This document shows positions 27,372 to 37,867 of a stretch of DNA of 64,000 nt, piece after piece. Under the pieces are notes generated by a model. It ran no database searches and was not told where the DNA came from. It saw only the letters and a list, made by a program, of their open reading frames with translations. Location of the stretch: IMG/VR virus record IMGVR_UViG_3300021963_004549, positions 5,904-69,903 of that record. One strand, 5' to 3'. Position 1 is the stretch's first letter. Each line of letters opens with the position of its first letter. This DNA is from a virus. The translations under genes and the position numbers were made by a program.

Positions 27372-28244
27372 TTAAAAGTCGCTATCATCTTCTTCTAGCA
27401 CTCTATCAGAGGCTACAAGATTATCATCTGCGTTATACTCTGCTAAGTCTTTGAATGTATAGAACTCTTTACATCCATACTCACCTGTAACGTTTAATAC
27501 AAAACGCTCATGAGGTTTTAGATCTTTAGACTTCTTCTCACGTAATCCTTTAAGGATTGTAGAGCTACTGAAATCTACTAGTCTAAATTGCTTCAATGTA
27601 TAAGCAGGTAGGAATCCCTTATTATATACACCTTGATACTCCTTAATATCACCATCTTTCTCAACAGTCTTCACTGTAGCTAAAGCAACGACATTTGTAC
27701 ACCATTCACCATTGATTTGGTCTCTTAGGTCTTTAACATTACCTTTCATAAGCTTGCTCCAGTCTAATTGTAGAGTGGTTTCAGCATCACGGTAATCTAA
27801 ATTACCTAACCATGTACGTAAGAAGTTATAAAGATCTTCTTCACCCATATAAGCTACACGAACATCACGCTCTGTAAACCATTTAGGGAGATTGTTTTCA
27901 TCATCAGCCCAAGAACAGCTACCAACAGAGTTGATATATTGCTTCTTGCTGCCATCTTTGTTTTCTCTTTCTTTGTTCTCAAGGAAGAATACAGCTTTAA
28001 ACTTATCCTTACTCTTAACTTCTTCAAGCCAGATGTCCACACGTAGTGTTTTGTTACCATCTTGACTCATTCCTAAGTAATCAGCTGCTTTGCTGTCTTC
28101 TTTAAGTTCAATACCTAATTTGTCTTTGAACTCTTCAATTGTTGGGTTAATTGCAATCACAGTTGCTTCAAATAATCCTACCTTCTTTGAGAAGTTAGAT
28201 TCACCACCTGATTGCTGTCTTTTGTTTCCACCGATTCCTGACAT
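27372..28244 (-). CDS. putative ssDNA-binding protein (acidic C-terminal tail EEDDSDF)
   Basis: C-terminal acidic tail ending DSDF like SSB DDDIPF tails; sits next to the Sak4-type ATPase. Confidence 0.35.
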   Translation of the reverse strand: MSGIGGNKRQQSGGESNFSKKVGLFEATVIAINPTIEEFKDKLGIELKEDSKAADYLGMSQDGNKTLRVDIWLEEVKSKDKFKAVFFLENKERENKDGSKKQYINSVGSCSWADDENNLPKWFTERDVRVAYMGEEDLYNFLRTWLGNLDYRDAETTLQLDWSKLMKGNVKDLRDQINGEWCTNVVALATVKTVEKDGDIKEYQGVYNKGFLPAYTLKQFRLVDFSSSTILKGLREKKSKDLKPHERFVLNVTGEYGCKEFYTFKDLAEYNADDNLVASDRVLEEDDSDF

Positions 28245-28263
28245 GTTTTTCTAGTTTTAATTG

Positions 28264-28935
28264 TTATTTATAATATTCGTCAATTGTGTCTACTACAAGC
28301 TGTAAGTTGTTTGGGATTTTAACATCCGCAAACATACCATCTGGGCTCTTAGCTGGATACTTTCTAAAGCGATTTGTTAAGAACTGATAATTAGCAGAAC
28401 CATCCTTGTTATCTTCTACATGTGTATATAGACACACAGTTAGTAAACCTTCAAGGACAATCTGATTATCAATCAATTTACCTGCAGTTTTGATTTTGTA
28501 TCCTACAATCTCACCACCATCTTCAATAGTTTCAGGGTGTGTGAAATAGAACACTTTTAAATCATCACGCAAGCGTCTTGCTTCTCTAAACAATTCTACC
28601 ATATCTCTAGCCATTAGAGTGAACTTGGTGTAACCAACTTCTGTAGCTTTTGCTATCATATTGAAACCCATAATGTAATTAGAGTCTTCAATGATGATGT
28701 TTTTAATGTGAGGTGCTTTCTCTGAGATGGTCTTTAACAATCGAGTGATTTCAATTGCATCATCTACCTCTTTGTAATTCTTGTTTTCTGCATTGTACAA
28801 CTTCTCTGCTCCTTTAAAAGGTAATTCCTTTTTAGCAACATTGATGATGTACGTTTCCTTTGGATCTAAGTGTTTGATAGACGTTGATTTACCTGTACCA
28901 GTTGGACCAACAATACCAATTAATTTGCTTGCCAT
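28264..28935 (-). CDS. AAA_24/Sak4-like recombination ATPase
   Basis: Walker A GIVGPTGTGKST; IIEDSNYI Walker B-like; size and context typical of PF13479. Confidence 0.55.
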   Translation of the reverse strand: MASKLIGIVGPTGTGKSTSIKHLDPKETYIINVAKKELPFKGAEKLYNAENKNYKEVDDAIEITRLLKTISEKAPHIKNIIIEDSNYIMGFNMIAKATEVGYTKFTLMARDMVELFREARRLRDDLKVFYFTHPETIEDGGEIVGYKIKTAGKLIDNQIVLEGLLTVCLYTHVEDNKDGSANYQFLTNRFRKYPAKSPDGMFADVKIPNNLQLVVDTIDEYYK

Positions 28936-28944
28936 GTTTAATAT

Positions 28945-29157
28945 TTAGTTATTTGTTTCCTCCAAAGATAAGCTAATTTCCTGAGATTTCAAAATATTTT
29001 TTCGAGGTTTTAAGAGGTCTGGATGAGCAACAATCTGTTCATAAAATTCCTCTGCATTATCTTTGTGAGCAAACCATTTAATAGCTGAACCACCTGCTCT
29101 CACTGAATACATTGTTGCATCTCCTGGGGTAATTTCTTCCCATAATTCTAAGATCAT
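28945..29157 (-). CDS. hypothetical protein
   Basis: ORF. Confidence 0.35.
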   Translation of the reverse strand: MILELWEEITPGDATMYSVRAGGSAIKWFAHKDNAEEFYEQIVAHPDLLKPRKNILKSQEISLSLEETNN

Positions 29158-30242
29158 AAGTATTTAATTTTTGATTTGTCAAAGAACTCAAGAGCTTTCT
29201 TGAGCCATTTTAATTCCACTTCCTCATTAGAAGATATGATGTATATATGGGCTTTCTTGTCTGGAGTGTTGTATTCCATAGCCATACATCTATTAATCTT
29301 CTGAGCAAGGTTTTCTGCATTACTATCGAAGTAATTGATAATCACCTTGTTAAGTGGTTTGTAAGTTACACCTGTGTTACCTATCTTAACAACAGCCAAA
29401 TGATTCCCTTTACCCTCAGCAAAGTCTGTAAAGATTTCTTTCTCTGTAGATTTACTGTGATAGGAAGGAATACCAAGTGTGTCAGCTATTCTAGTAACAC
29501 CACAAAATACCAAGATTCTATCTTGCTTGTATTTAGCTAAGATTTCTCTTGTCTTCTCCATTTTAGATATGCTATTCTGTATGATTCTCATTCTAGCTAG
29601 ACGTAGGAACATTGTTGCTTTTCCTTGTCTTTCTAGCTGATCAATCACCCAGGCATAGCTATCAAATTGTCTTTTCTCTGTACGCTTCTTCCCTTTATAA
29701 TCGTTAATACGCTTATCATCTAGAGGAACCTTTATTACAGTGATTTCATAGTCTGTAATAACTCCTTCTGCAATAGCTTGTTCTATTGGATAGGTAGCTA
29801 ATACATTCATTCCAAGCTCCTCATTGAGGGTCTTTTCTGTATCACTAGCTAATGTTCCTGTAAGACCAAGCACACTTATGCATTTTAGCTCCTTTACAGC
29901 CTCTATTTGTGCCTCAGAGAGTAAATGTATCTCATCTAGTATTACTAGGTCAAATACACCACCTGTGTGCTTTTTAATAGATAGATGCGTAGTGTACGTT
30001 ATGTGGGGATTCTTGTATTTTCTAGTCTTGAAATCAGCTTCCCAAGCCTCCTTAATCTTAAGATCTGGATAGGCTATCAGGATGTTGATATCTTTGTCTA
30101 GTTTCTCTAATATGTTGATAGTTGTATAGATCTTCCCAAATCTAGGACATAAGTTTAGAATACCAAACTCTCCATGTTTTAGGAACACCTCAGCAAACTC
30201 CTGTTGCCTCTTATCTCGTAAAGAGATTTCCTTTTTTGCCAT
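29154..30242 (-). CDS. SF2 DExH-box DNA helicase
   Basis: CPRFGKIYT (motif I), LVILDEIHLL (motif II DEIH), GLTGT (motif III). Confidence 0.6.
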   Translation of the reverse strand: MAKKEISLRDKRQQEFAEVFLKHGEFGILNLCPRFGKIYTTINILEKLDKDINILIAYPDLKIKEAWEADFKTRKYKNPHITYTTHLSIKKHTGGVFDLVILDEIHLLSEAQIEAVKELKCISVLGLTGTLASDTEKTLNEELGMNVLATYPIEQAIAEGVITDYEITVIKVPLDDKRINDYKGKKRTEKRQFDSYAWVIDQLERQGKATMFLRLARMRIIQNSISKMEKTREILAKYKQDRILVFCGVTRIADTLGIPSYHSKSTEKEIFTDFAEGKGNHLAVVKIGNTGVTYKPLNKVIINYFDSNAENLAQKINRCMAMEYNTPDKKAHIYIISSNEEVELKWLKKALEFFDKSKIKYL

Positions 30243-30413
30243 AGCTTATAATTGTAGTAAATGACCAAAATAACCATTCAAAATTGACAGCCACGTATGG
30301 ATCATATTTTTGTATGTTGTTCATAATACTAACTGTAGGCAATACTACAATCTGCCACCAATGGTCTTTTTTACTTGGTAGTGTGTTATATACGTTTGTT
30401 TTTATACTCATGT

Positions 30414-31478
30414 TTATTTGTTTAGGAAAAATGATTTATTCACGACTGCTGTATAATCCGCTTCTGTAATGTCTTTCACTCTAGGCAGTTCTTTGAACAT
30501 ACCAATGCTTCCTAAGAAGCCTAAGCCTATTCTAACATCATCTTCACCATAGCTATTCTTAATTAGCCTGAGAGATCTAAAATACTTGGCACCAAAGTTA
30601 TCTTTTAGCTTATCTAATTCATAGCCTGATGGATCAGCCACTTTATATCTCATTGGGTCAAACAATCCTAGTACAACATCAGCATCATTCTGCGTGCTTG
30701 AACTCTCTGCAAAGTCTTCTAGTTGTGGTTCTACATCACCACTCTTTAATCTTGCCATGTTAGAAATGCTCCTATTGAACTGACTAACAACAACAGGACT
30801 ATATCCATAGAAGTCTCTAGCATATCTGAGCTCATCACTCATCTTATCAATAGCATCTTTCTTTGTAGGCTGGGCTTGTGTAGTTTTTAATAAGCCTATA
30901 TGATCGATAACAACCATAGTGATTTCATTCTCATTTGTGGGGAAATACTTCTTATTGTATTCATCCACCTGCTCAATGGTTCCATTCTGTAAAGCATGTG
31001 CCTTTAATTCTTTAGCAATACCTACAGCATTCTCTGGACCATCAATGATTGTAATCACTTCGCTCATCTCTCCTATATAGTCTTCATACATTAGAAATAG
31101 ATCATGTTCATCCTTGGTCATTCTATCATTCCAACCCAACAGTTTGTTAACTGTGATAGTTACACCATGATCGATGAATATTCTTCTACCTACCCATTTA
31201 GCCATCTTATAAGTTCTGCTTCTCTCCATGGATCTGTATATAATCCTTAGCTTGATGTTTGTTTTATTTGCTTTGCTTATATACCAATCAAATGGATTAA
31301 GCACATATGCATCATCAATAAAGCTAGTCTTACCAGAACCAGTGAGACCACCTATAAGCGTATATATGGACTTTCTAATACCAATATATCTATTAAGTCT
31401 ATCAAAACCCATAGGTATACCACCATTCCTACCCTCTAAGCCTGCCTGTACCTGTTTTTTTAAGTCTTCGAAACTCAT
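30414..31478 (-). CDS. DnaB-like replicative helicase (RecA-fold C-terminal domain type)
   Basis: LIGGLTGSGKTSF Walker A; VVIDHIGLL; SQFNRSISNMARLKSGDVEPQLEDFAESSSTQNDADVVLGLF matches DnaB motif H4. Confidence 0.7.
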   Translation of the reverse strand: MSFEDLKKQVQAGLEGRNGGIPMGFDRLNRYIGIRKSIYTLIGGLTGSGKTSFIDDAYVLNPFDWYISKANKTNIKLRIIYRSMERSRTYKMAKWVGRRIFIDHGVTITVNKLLGWNDRMTKDEHDLFLMYEDYIGEMSEVITIIDGPENAVGIAKELKAHALQNGTIEQVDEYNKKYFPTNENEITMVVIDHIGLLKTTQAQPTKKDAIDKMSDELRYARDFYGYSPVVVSQFNRSISNMARLKSGDVEPQLEDFAESSSTQNDADVVLGLFDPMRYKVADPSGYELDKLKDNFGAKYFRSLRLIKNSYGEDDVRIGLGFLGSIGMFKELPRVKDITEADYTAVVNKSFFLNK

Positions 31479-31481
31479 AGA

Positions 31482-31667
31482 TTACTTTTTTTCATATTCT
31501 TCTTGCGTTATGAAATCAACGTGCTCTTCGCAATCTTCACACCATCTATCTCCACTATCGTCACTACATTCCCCTGCGTATTCACTATTGTTTACATACT
31601 GCCAAACTCTTATCTGAATAGAATCTGCTGATCCACATTCTTTACATACCAAAATTTCATTTTTCAT
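31482..31667 (-). CDS. free-standing zinc-ribbon protein
   Basis: CKECGS...CEDCEEH; acidic C-terminus. Confidence 0.4.
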   Translation of the reverse strand: MKNEILVCKECGSADSIQIRVWQYVNNSEYAGECSDDSGDRWCEDCEEHVDFITQEEYEKK

Positions 31668-32287
31668 ATATCTGTACCTCCATTTGTAGGTGCTTTATCT
31701 TCCACAGTATAGCCCTCTTTTAAGAGCTCTATAAAGGGTTCAAAAGAACGCTGGTTTAAATAAGTGAGACTATTCTGCATGTATGTTAGCTTATTAGTCC
31801 CTGTCTTTACAGAATTCTCCTTCTTTTGTAACACATCTAGATTCAATGAATCTATCAGGTCTTTTGCTGTATATTCTCCTTCCTCTAATATCTTATCAAA
31901 TTTCAACTGACAGTCTTCCTTGGTCTTTCTTAACGTTCTATCACCTGAGAACTTCTTCCCTTTGTGTGTAAAGTTATCTGTACCTGGAAAAGCTTTCCAC
32001 CACTCTTCAAACTCTGATGTGATGTCCACCTTCTTTTGTATCCTGACAGTTGGTTCTTTGATGTTGATAAATTTTAGAAGCTCTTTACCTGTGAGCGTTA
32101 GTCCCTTTTCTGTTATCAATCCTTTCCTAACTAGCGTCTGATAAAGAGCTTCTATCTTAATGTTATCAGTTCGTAACGCACGAACATCATAATTCTCCTC
32201 TATAAGCTTTAATAGGAATACAACATCTAGGCTGTATCCTTTCTTGAGTAGTTCCTCAAAATGGAAGTACGTTATGTCTAACTTCAT
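31664..32287 (-). CDS. hypothetical protein
   Basis: ORF. Confidence 0.4.
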   Translation of the reverse strand: MKLDITYFHFEELLKKGYSLDVVFLLKLIEENYDVRALRTDNIKIEALYQTLVRKGLITEKGLTLTGKELLKFINIKEPTVRIQKKVDITSEFEEWWKAFPGTDNFTHKGKKFSGDRTLRKTKEDCQLKFDKILEEGEYTAKDLIDSLNLDVLQKKENSVKTGTNKLTYMQNSLTYLNQRSFEPFIELLKEGYTVEDKAPTNGGTDI

Positions 32288-32462
32288 CTCTCTCTAAGAT
32301 TTTATCTGTATCTACAATAAATATAGCCGCAGGCTTTCTAAACTTGTTTAACTCCTTCTGGATTTGTTTATCAAGCTCATAGCTCTCCTCTTGCAAATAT
32401 ACTAAATCTTTAAGAGATTCTCTCTCCCAATCCTCCATTATTTTCAAGCTTTGGTCTCTCAT
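32256..32462 (-). CDS. hypothetical protein
   Basis: ORF. Confidence 0.3.
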   Translation of the reverse strand: MRDQSLKIMEDWERESLKDLVYLQEESYELDKQIQKELNKFRKPAAIFIVDTDKILERDEVRHNVLPF

Positions 32463-32667
32463 CTTTAAAGTCTTTATTGTTCCAAAAGAAAGGGCATGTG
32501 AATGTCATAACACCAACTGAGTTAAATAGCTCACTTGTTATCATGCTCACTTGATATGGAGGGTCCTTAAAATAAGATTGTCCTAATTCTTCTTTAGGGC
32601 AAGTGTATCTGTGGCAGTGTAGTCTTAATGGACAACTACCACCATTGCATGCTGATATATCTGACAT
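32410..32667 (-). CDS. small Cys-rich protein
   Basis: ACNGGSCPLRLHCHRYTCP; overlaps the next ORF by 53 nt, so one start is probably internal. Confidence 0.3.
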   Translation of the reverse strand: MSDISACNGGSCPLRLHCHRYTCPKEELGQSYFKDPPYQVSMITSELFNSVGVMTFTCPFFWNNKDFKDERPKLENNGGLGERIS

Positions 32668-32668
32668 A

Positions 32669-33028
32669 TTATAATTGTTTAGCTATTTCAATTAGGTTTT
32701 TAAGACAAGCAAGTTCTGCTTCTTCATAAGTGATAAAATCTTTATGGGCTTTTATGATTCTACCATTTTGCAATATACTATAAAAATAATTATCTTTATC
32801 GCTATTATATACCCAACTAGTTAGTTCATACTTCTCTCTGAAAAATCTAAATGCCTGTTGGTATAATGGTGCTTGTATACACTTATTAGTATCAATAGAG
32901 AGATTTCTATATATGAGCCATTTTAACTCTAAATCATCTACATCTAAATAATGTGCAGCACACTTCTCATTAAAGCCTAGTTCTTTAAGGTCTAACGCTT
33001 CTTGATACGGTAGAAATTCTTTTTCCAT
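32669..33028 (-). CDS. hypothetical protein
   Basis: ORF. Confidence 0.4.
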   Translation of the reverse strand: MEKEFLPYQEALDLKELGFNEKCAAHYLDVDDLELKWLIYRNLSIDTNKCIQAPLYQQAFRFFREKYELTSWVYNSDKDNYFYSILQNGRIIKAHKDFITYEEAELACLKNLIEIAKQL

Positions 33029-33046
33029 ATGTTTAATTTATTGTAG

Positions 33047-33853
33047 TTAAGCAACTAATTGAATAATCCTGTCCTGCTTGTTCAGGTTACCTATGTAAGT
33101 TACACCATCAATAACGGTTGTAACAGCAAATAAAGGTTGTAAGTTAGTATAATGAAAACATATTCTCTGTTCCTCAGGATCTGCTAGATTAAACTTAGCA
33201 CAAGGCATTATATGATCTATATGCCACACTGTACCATAATTATCCCAGGTCATTGTTGGAAGAAACTTATTTTCTAAATACGACTTTAAGAACTTTACAT
33301 CACATCCTAATAATTCAAAAGTTGGTGCAGATTTCATATGAATTCTATTAAGAGCATAATTAAGCCTAGCTCTAAGATTTTTTGTTATTCTAAAATTAAC
33401 ATCTGTAGCCATTCTATGTTTTTTATAAGCTCTTCTCCAAACTTTTATTTCTTCTAAAGTTCTTACTGGATGTTTAACCTTTGATGGTTTTGATAATTTA
33501 AGCTTTTCAACATATTTTAACCTGTATGATCTTCTTTTTTCTATAATATCAGGTCTAGAATTGTATTCTTTTCTCTTGATAGCAATGTATTCTTTATTTG
33601 CTTCTTTATAAGCCTTGCGTTTTTCAAAAGGTTCCTGTTTTCTATTTGCTTTTATCTTCTCTTTATTTTTCTCTCTATACAATCTCGCAGTCTCAAGAAA
33701 CTTTTCTCTATTCTTTAAATTGTATTCTCTTGAATTTTCTCTTTTACAAGGCTTACAAAACCCTTTTGTTGCAGACATTTCTTCAATAGGCTTAAGTTCC
33801 TTACATCTGTAACATTTTTTCATATGTATTGTTTTATTCTGCAGCCCAACCAA
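33047..33853 (-). CDS. HNH homing-endonuclease-like protein
   Basis: CKPCKREN..WHIDHIMPCAKFNLADPEEQRICFHYTNLQPL. Confidence 0.55.
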   Translation of the reverse strand: MVGLQNKTIHMKKCYRCKELKPIEEMSATKGFCKPCKRENSREYNLKNREKFLETARLYREKNKEKIKANRKQEPFEKRKAYKEANKEYIAIKRKEYNSRPDIIEKRRSYRLKYVEKLKLSKPSKVKHPVRTLEEIKVWRRAYKKHRMATDVNFRITKNLRARLNYALNRIHMKSAPTFELLGCDVKFLKSYLENKFLPTMTWDNYGTVWHIDHIMPCAKFNLADPEEQRICFHYTNLQPLFAVTTVIDGVTYIGNLNKQDRIIQLVA

Positions 33854-34412
33854 AGAATACCCATCTACCTGGTCTTTCTGTGTTAGACTTCTTGTATGTA
33901 ATTTTAGCTACTGTACTATTGCCTTTTTCAAGGGTCTTTTCCATACATACTTTTGTAAAAGTTTGACGTTTTTCTGTGTATTCTCTAGCTTTTTTAACAG
34001 CTTCACCTTTAGTGTTACAAGATGCAATCATATAATCTTCATGATTATACACTACATATCTAAGCACCCATTTCTTCGTACCTTGTGTAACAATGTGATC
34101 TACTTTAGATTGAGTCTTATTACCATTAGCTTTAGGCTCCTGAATACAGATAGCAGCACAATGCCACTTATCAATTTTATCCATTTGCATTTTGATATAC
34201 TCATTTAAGTCTTTCTTACTTCTCTTATATTGATCTGTAAGGTCTTCACAATGATGAGTTGTACTGATTGTACCATTATATCCTTCTTGATGTCCATACT
34301 CAACTAGTGCTTCTTCTTTAAGACCCTTATATGTTTCTCTTAATGATGCACCATATCCTGTTTGTTGAAACCAACTTGCTCCCATAATTTTAATTTTTAA
34401 TACGTAATCCAA
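33834..34412 (-). CDS. hypothetical protein
   Basis: ORF. Confidence 0.4.
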   Translation of the reverse strand: MDYVLKIKIMGASWFQQTGYGASLRETYKGLKEEALVEYGHQEGYNGTISTTHHCEDLTDQYKRSKKDLNEYIKMQMDKIDKWHCAAICIQEPKANGNKTQSKVDHIVTQGTKKWVLRYVVYNHEDYMIASCNTKGEAVKKAREYTEKRQTFTKVCMEKTLEKGNSTVAKITYKKSNTERPGRWVFFGWAAE

Positions 34413-34644
34413 ATTGTAAATCGAACCAATTGAATGTATCCTCAGCTCTTGCTTTTCTACATTTAAACACTTTTTTGATTAGTGGTAATGCATAAGCTTT
34501 GAACTGATCGTGCTGCTCTTGTGTCATGGTCCATTTATTGTACCATTCTTTTATCATATGTGCCTCTTGTGTAGACTTACCAATCATTCCTAACTGGTAG
34601 TCTACTAAGTGGTCAGCTATGTTTTCTCTGTTAATCTTTGCCAT
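34390..34644 (-). CDS. hypothetical protein
   Basis: ORF. Confidence 0.35.
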   Translation of the reverse strand: MAKINRENIADHLVDYQLGMIGKSTQEAHMIKEWYNKWTMTQEQHDQFKAYALPLIKKVFKCRKARAEDTFNWFDLQFGLRIKN

Positions 34645-34901
34645 TATAATGTTAATTGATATCCGTTAACATGTCTATATGCAGGAAAACTCTTTAATTG
34701 GTTCTCTATTGATTCCCTAGACCATTCTTGTTTAGAATGTTCCATAGGTTTACCATCTTTAACCTCAGCAATAATGCATGTAGGACCATTATCTTCTACT
34801 ACTTGTTTTAGTTCTGGTTCATATGCTCTTCTGCTGGTCATAGTCATTCCCCATGCATCAATATAAAATCTTCTGCCTTCTAATGATTGTGCTTGTATCA
34901 T
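34644..34901 (-). CDS. hypothetical protein
   Basis: ORF. Confidence 0.35.
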   Translation of the reverse strand: MIQAQSLEGRRFYIDAWGMTMTSRRAYEPELKQVVEDNGPTCIIAEVKDGKPMEHSKQEWSRESIENQLKSFPAYRHVNGYQLTL

Positions 34902-35073
34902 ATTCTTTTATTTATGTATTGACCAAACTTATCTGGATCAAATTTACTATCAAGAGCCTCAAAGAATTCTCTATAAGCCCAATAGTAATCTGATTCTGTG
35001 CAAACTGTATATCCATTATCCATGCAATGGTTTACTACTATGTCTGCAGCAATTTTAAATTGTGATTTTCCCA

Positions 35074-37242
35074 TTAAAATAAACTTAATTGATTAGGATT
35101 GATTGTCACCTTTCTCTTTTTACCTTCTAACTGTATTTTGCTGATAATACGTTCAGCACGTTCTATGTAATAAGCATAATTGATGTTATCCAGAGGATGG
35201 TCTGGTGGTAGATGATTACATACATGCATCACCCATTCACCCGCTTCCACTTGTGCTACATCAGGAGCATTAGATTGACATTCAGGGTTTTTCACCTTTA
35301 ACAGCTTCTCACCCTTATTAGACACATAATACCTGATTAGCTTATTGTACACTGTTTTATTTGACTGTTTATTTCTTATGTCTGAGTTGGTAGAAGATAT
35401 AGCATTTTCAAAAGAGGTAGCCATTTTTTCATATGGTTCTCTATTATTGATCCACTCCTTTTTAATCCATATATCTGGTCCATATTCTACCCAACCATGT
35501 TCAATAAGGTCTGCTTTGGTTGATATTGAATAAAAGTTATTTATTCTTATTCCTTCATAATGGAAGTCTTTACTTGCTTTTTGTCTGAGACAAAAGTCAT
35601 ATATATTTGTATGATTATGAATGGTATCAGCCACAGGGACATCATTAACAAAATAATGCTCGAGAGCAATAGGTACAATCCTAGCTGACTTATTTTTGTG
35701 TAACTCAAAATCAGTGAGGAAGTCACCCTTCTTTTTAATTTCTCCATTGGTTTTAATTGCTAAATAGTCATTTACTGTTGAGAATATAATTCTTTGATAA
35801 TCAGTGCGTTCTAGCTCATATTGTGTAATGTCCATCCACCACTTATTAATAGCAGTCATAGTATCAAAACTTGCATTTTTTACAAGTATTGTCACTCCGT
35901 CTGTATTAGCAGATATTACACGTATGCCAGCTAATTCATATGCCTCAATAAGCATAAGTAAGCTCAGCTCACCTGTAATAGTGGTAAACATAGTTAGTTG
36001 TCTATCATAGAGCCAAGATAGCATATCAGAGCTTTTGCCATACACAGAGTTAACTGCAAGCTTCAATGCACCCACAATACCTGCTATCTTCTTATCCTTC
36101 TTAGCTAATGGTTTAAGTTCTAGTCTCTTCTCAAACATCTGTTTGTATCCTCTAAGAAACTCTTTACCCAAATGCTGTGGATATTTACCATTGTTAATGA
36201 TGATAGCTGGATAGTATGAACTAACATCCCAGTCAACTATGCTGTTATCTTCATCAGCCTCAAATATCTTGGGCTTATTCTCTGTATGCAAACCACCCTT
36301 GGCAAATGTATAAGTGTTACCCATAAATACCAATGACTCTTTAAAATCATCAGTGAGTGTGAATATCTGCTTCTTTACATGCTTTAGGAATGCTTGTAGC
36401 TCTGGTGTCTGGAAATCCACATAATGAGCAATACAATCTTTAGCTCTCACTTGCTTTCTGAAATATCCTTTCTTTGGTAAATCACCATATGACATACCCT
36501 TCTCTTGACAGTAATACTTCTTAATCATCTCATCACCTATCTTACTGTCAGAATAGTTTAAGCAAGGAATACCAAACTCGTTGTATATATTCTGTCTGAG
36601 CTCTATTTGATTATTATCCTTGTATAAAGGATGGTTTGTTTGACCAGTGGTTACCAAATAGAATTCATATGTAGCATATATATCATTACGACAATAGTCA
36701 ATAGTGAGCTGTATCTCCTCATCAGTCATATCAGTTTTAGTATGATGAATAGGCATCTCTTCAATGTTTGGAAGATCCATCTCAAACTCTAACCTCTTCA
36801 AGCTAACTCTACGATTCTTATTATCATAGTGATTCACTCTGAATAGGTCTATTTGTTTGAGGGTGAGCCATTCTTCTCTATACTCAGGAAATACATCATA
36901 GTTAGCATCATGTATCACATCAGCAGCTTTCTGTGCTATTTTAGCACACACTTCTAATGCACTTAGATCATACCAATCACCATGATTACGTAGCACCCAC
37001 TCAACCACCTGACTATCAAAGCGTAGATTGTTATATCCAACCCAATAGTAATCAGCATGTTCCTCTGTAAACCTTTGGAATGCATCTAATTGGTTAATGT
37101 TTCTACTTACCTGGAATTCATACCACTGCTGTGTATCAGGATTGTAAACTCCTATTAGAAACAGCTCTTGCATGGTTTCTATGTCATAGATGAGTATCTT
37201 CATTATTCTCTTTTTGTTGCTCGTTAAACTTCTTCTGTTCAT
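35074..37242 (-). CDS. DNA polymerase family B with 3'-5' exonuclease domain (T4-like N-terminus)
   Basis: Exo I ILIYDIET, Exo II YNNLRFD, Exo III YCRNDIYATYEFY, motif A DWDVSSYYPAII, motif B KLAVNSVYGKSS, motif C ISANTDGV; the ORF-track start at 37245 is a TTG, ATGs lie at 37242 and 37203 (MKILIYDIET). Confidence 0.8.
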   Translation of the reverse strand: MNRRSLTSNKKRIMKILIYDIETMQELFLIGVYNPDTQQWYEFQVSRNINQLDAFQRFTEEHADYYWVGYNNLRFDSQVVEWVLRNHGDWYDLSALEVCAKIAQKAADVIHDANYDVFPEYREEWLTLKQIDLFRVNHYDNKNRRVSLKRLEFEMDLPNIEEMPIHHTKTDMTDEEIQLTIDYCRNDIYATYEFYLVTTGQTNHPLYKDNNQIELRQNIYNEFGIPCLNYSDSKIGDEMIKKYYCQEKGMSYGDLPKKGYFRKQVRAKDCIAHYVDFQTPELQAFLKHVKKQIFTLTDDFKESLVFMGNTYTFAKGGLHTENKPKIFEADEDNSIVDWDVSSYYPAIIINNGKYPQHLGKEFLRGYKQMFEKRLELKPLAKKDKKIAGIVGALKLAVNSVYGKSSDMLSWLYDRQLTMFTTITGELSLLMLIEAYELAGIRVISANTDGVTILVKNASFDTMTAINKWWMDITQYELERTDYQRIIFSTVNDYLAIKTNGEIKKKGDFLTDFELHKNKSARIVPIALEHYFVNDVPVADTIHNHTNIYDFCLRQKASKDFHYEGIRINNFYSISTKADLIEHGWVEYGPDIWIKKEWINNREPYEKMATSFENAISSTNSDIRNKQSNKTVYNKLIRYYVSNKGEKLLKVKNPECQSNAPDVAQVEAGEWVMHVCNHLPPDHPLDNINYAYYIERAERIISKIQLEGKKRKVTINPNQLSLF

Positions 37243-37410
37243 CAATCAAATGCACCCAAATTATTGATATAATTGTTGCAAATGCAAAAGATGCTATAGA
37301 AGCTACTAAAAATGATTCCATGTTACTTGTCTTTAGTTTGTCTTAATACATCTATAACACCTAGAATTGCTACTATGCCTACAAGGCATACTATTATTAT
37401 TCCTGTCATG

Positions 37411-37620
37411 TTAAAATAATATTTCTGGTTTAACAAATCCAAACTTTATAGGTTCACCTAATTCATAAATTTCAAGCATACCATCAGCAGATAAATATGC
37501 ATCAGGTTCCTTATTAAAGTCATCAATAATGTCTTGTTTTGTACCTATTATCCATACGTCTGTATTCTCATACAACGCTATGTACTTTTTTTCTTTGTCT
37601 TTAACTTTTTTTGGAGGCAT
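37411..37620 (-). CDS. hypothetical small early protein
   Basis: ORF. Confidence 0.35.
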   Translation of the reverse strand: MPPKKVKDKEKKYIALYENTDVWIIGTKQDIIDDFNKEPDAYLSADGMLEIYELGEPIKFGFVKPEILF

Positions 37621-37621
37621 C

Positions 37622-37867
37622 TTATTTAATTTTATTATAATATTTATTAATTACATCATGTTTCCATGTGCCTGTGTGTCCATCTTCATCAAAAGCGTAC
37701 ATCATAGCATCTGTTAACATTTGTTTCTCTTCTTCAAATAAATTGTCTAAATTCTCTAGCATCCATGTATCGAAATCATTTTGATTCATTATGGATCGTT
37801 GCTTAATTATTTTACCTATAACTGTCATAACTAAATTAGTTAATAGTGTCAATAAACTCTTGACCAC
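37622..37867 (-). CDS. hypothetical small early protein
   Basis: ORF. Confidence 0.35.
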   Translation of the reverse strand: MVKSLLTLLTNLVMTVIGKIIKQRSIMNQNDFDTWMLENLDNLFEEEKQMLTDAMMYAFDEDGHTGTWKHDVINKYYNKIK

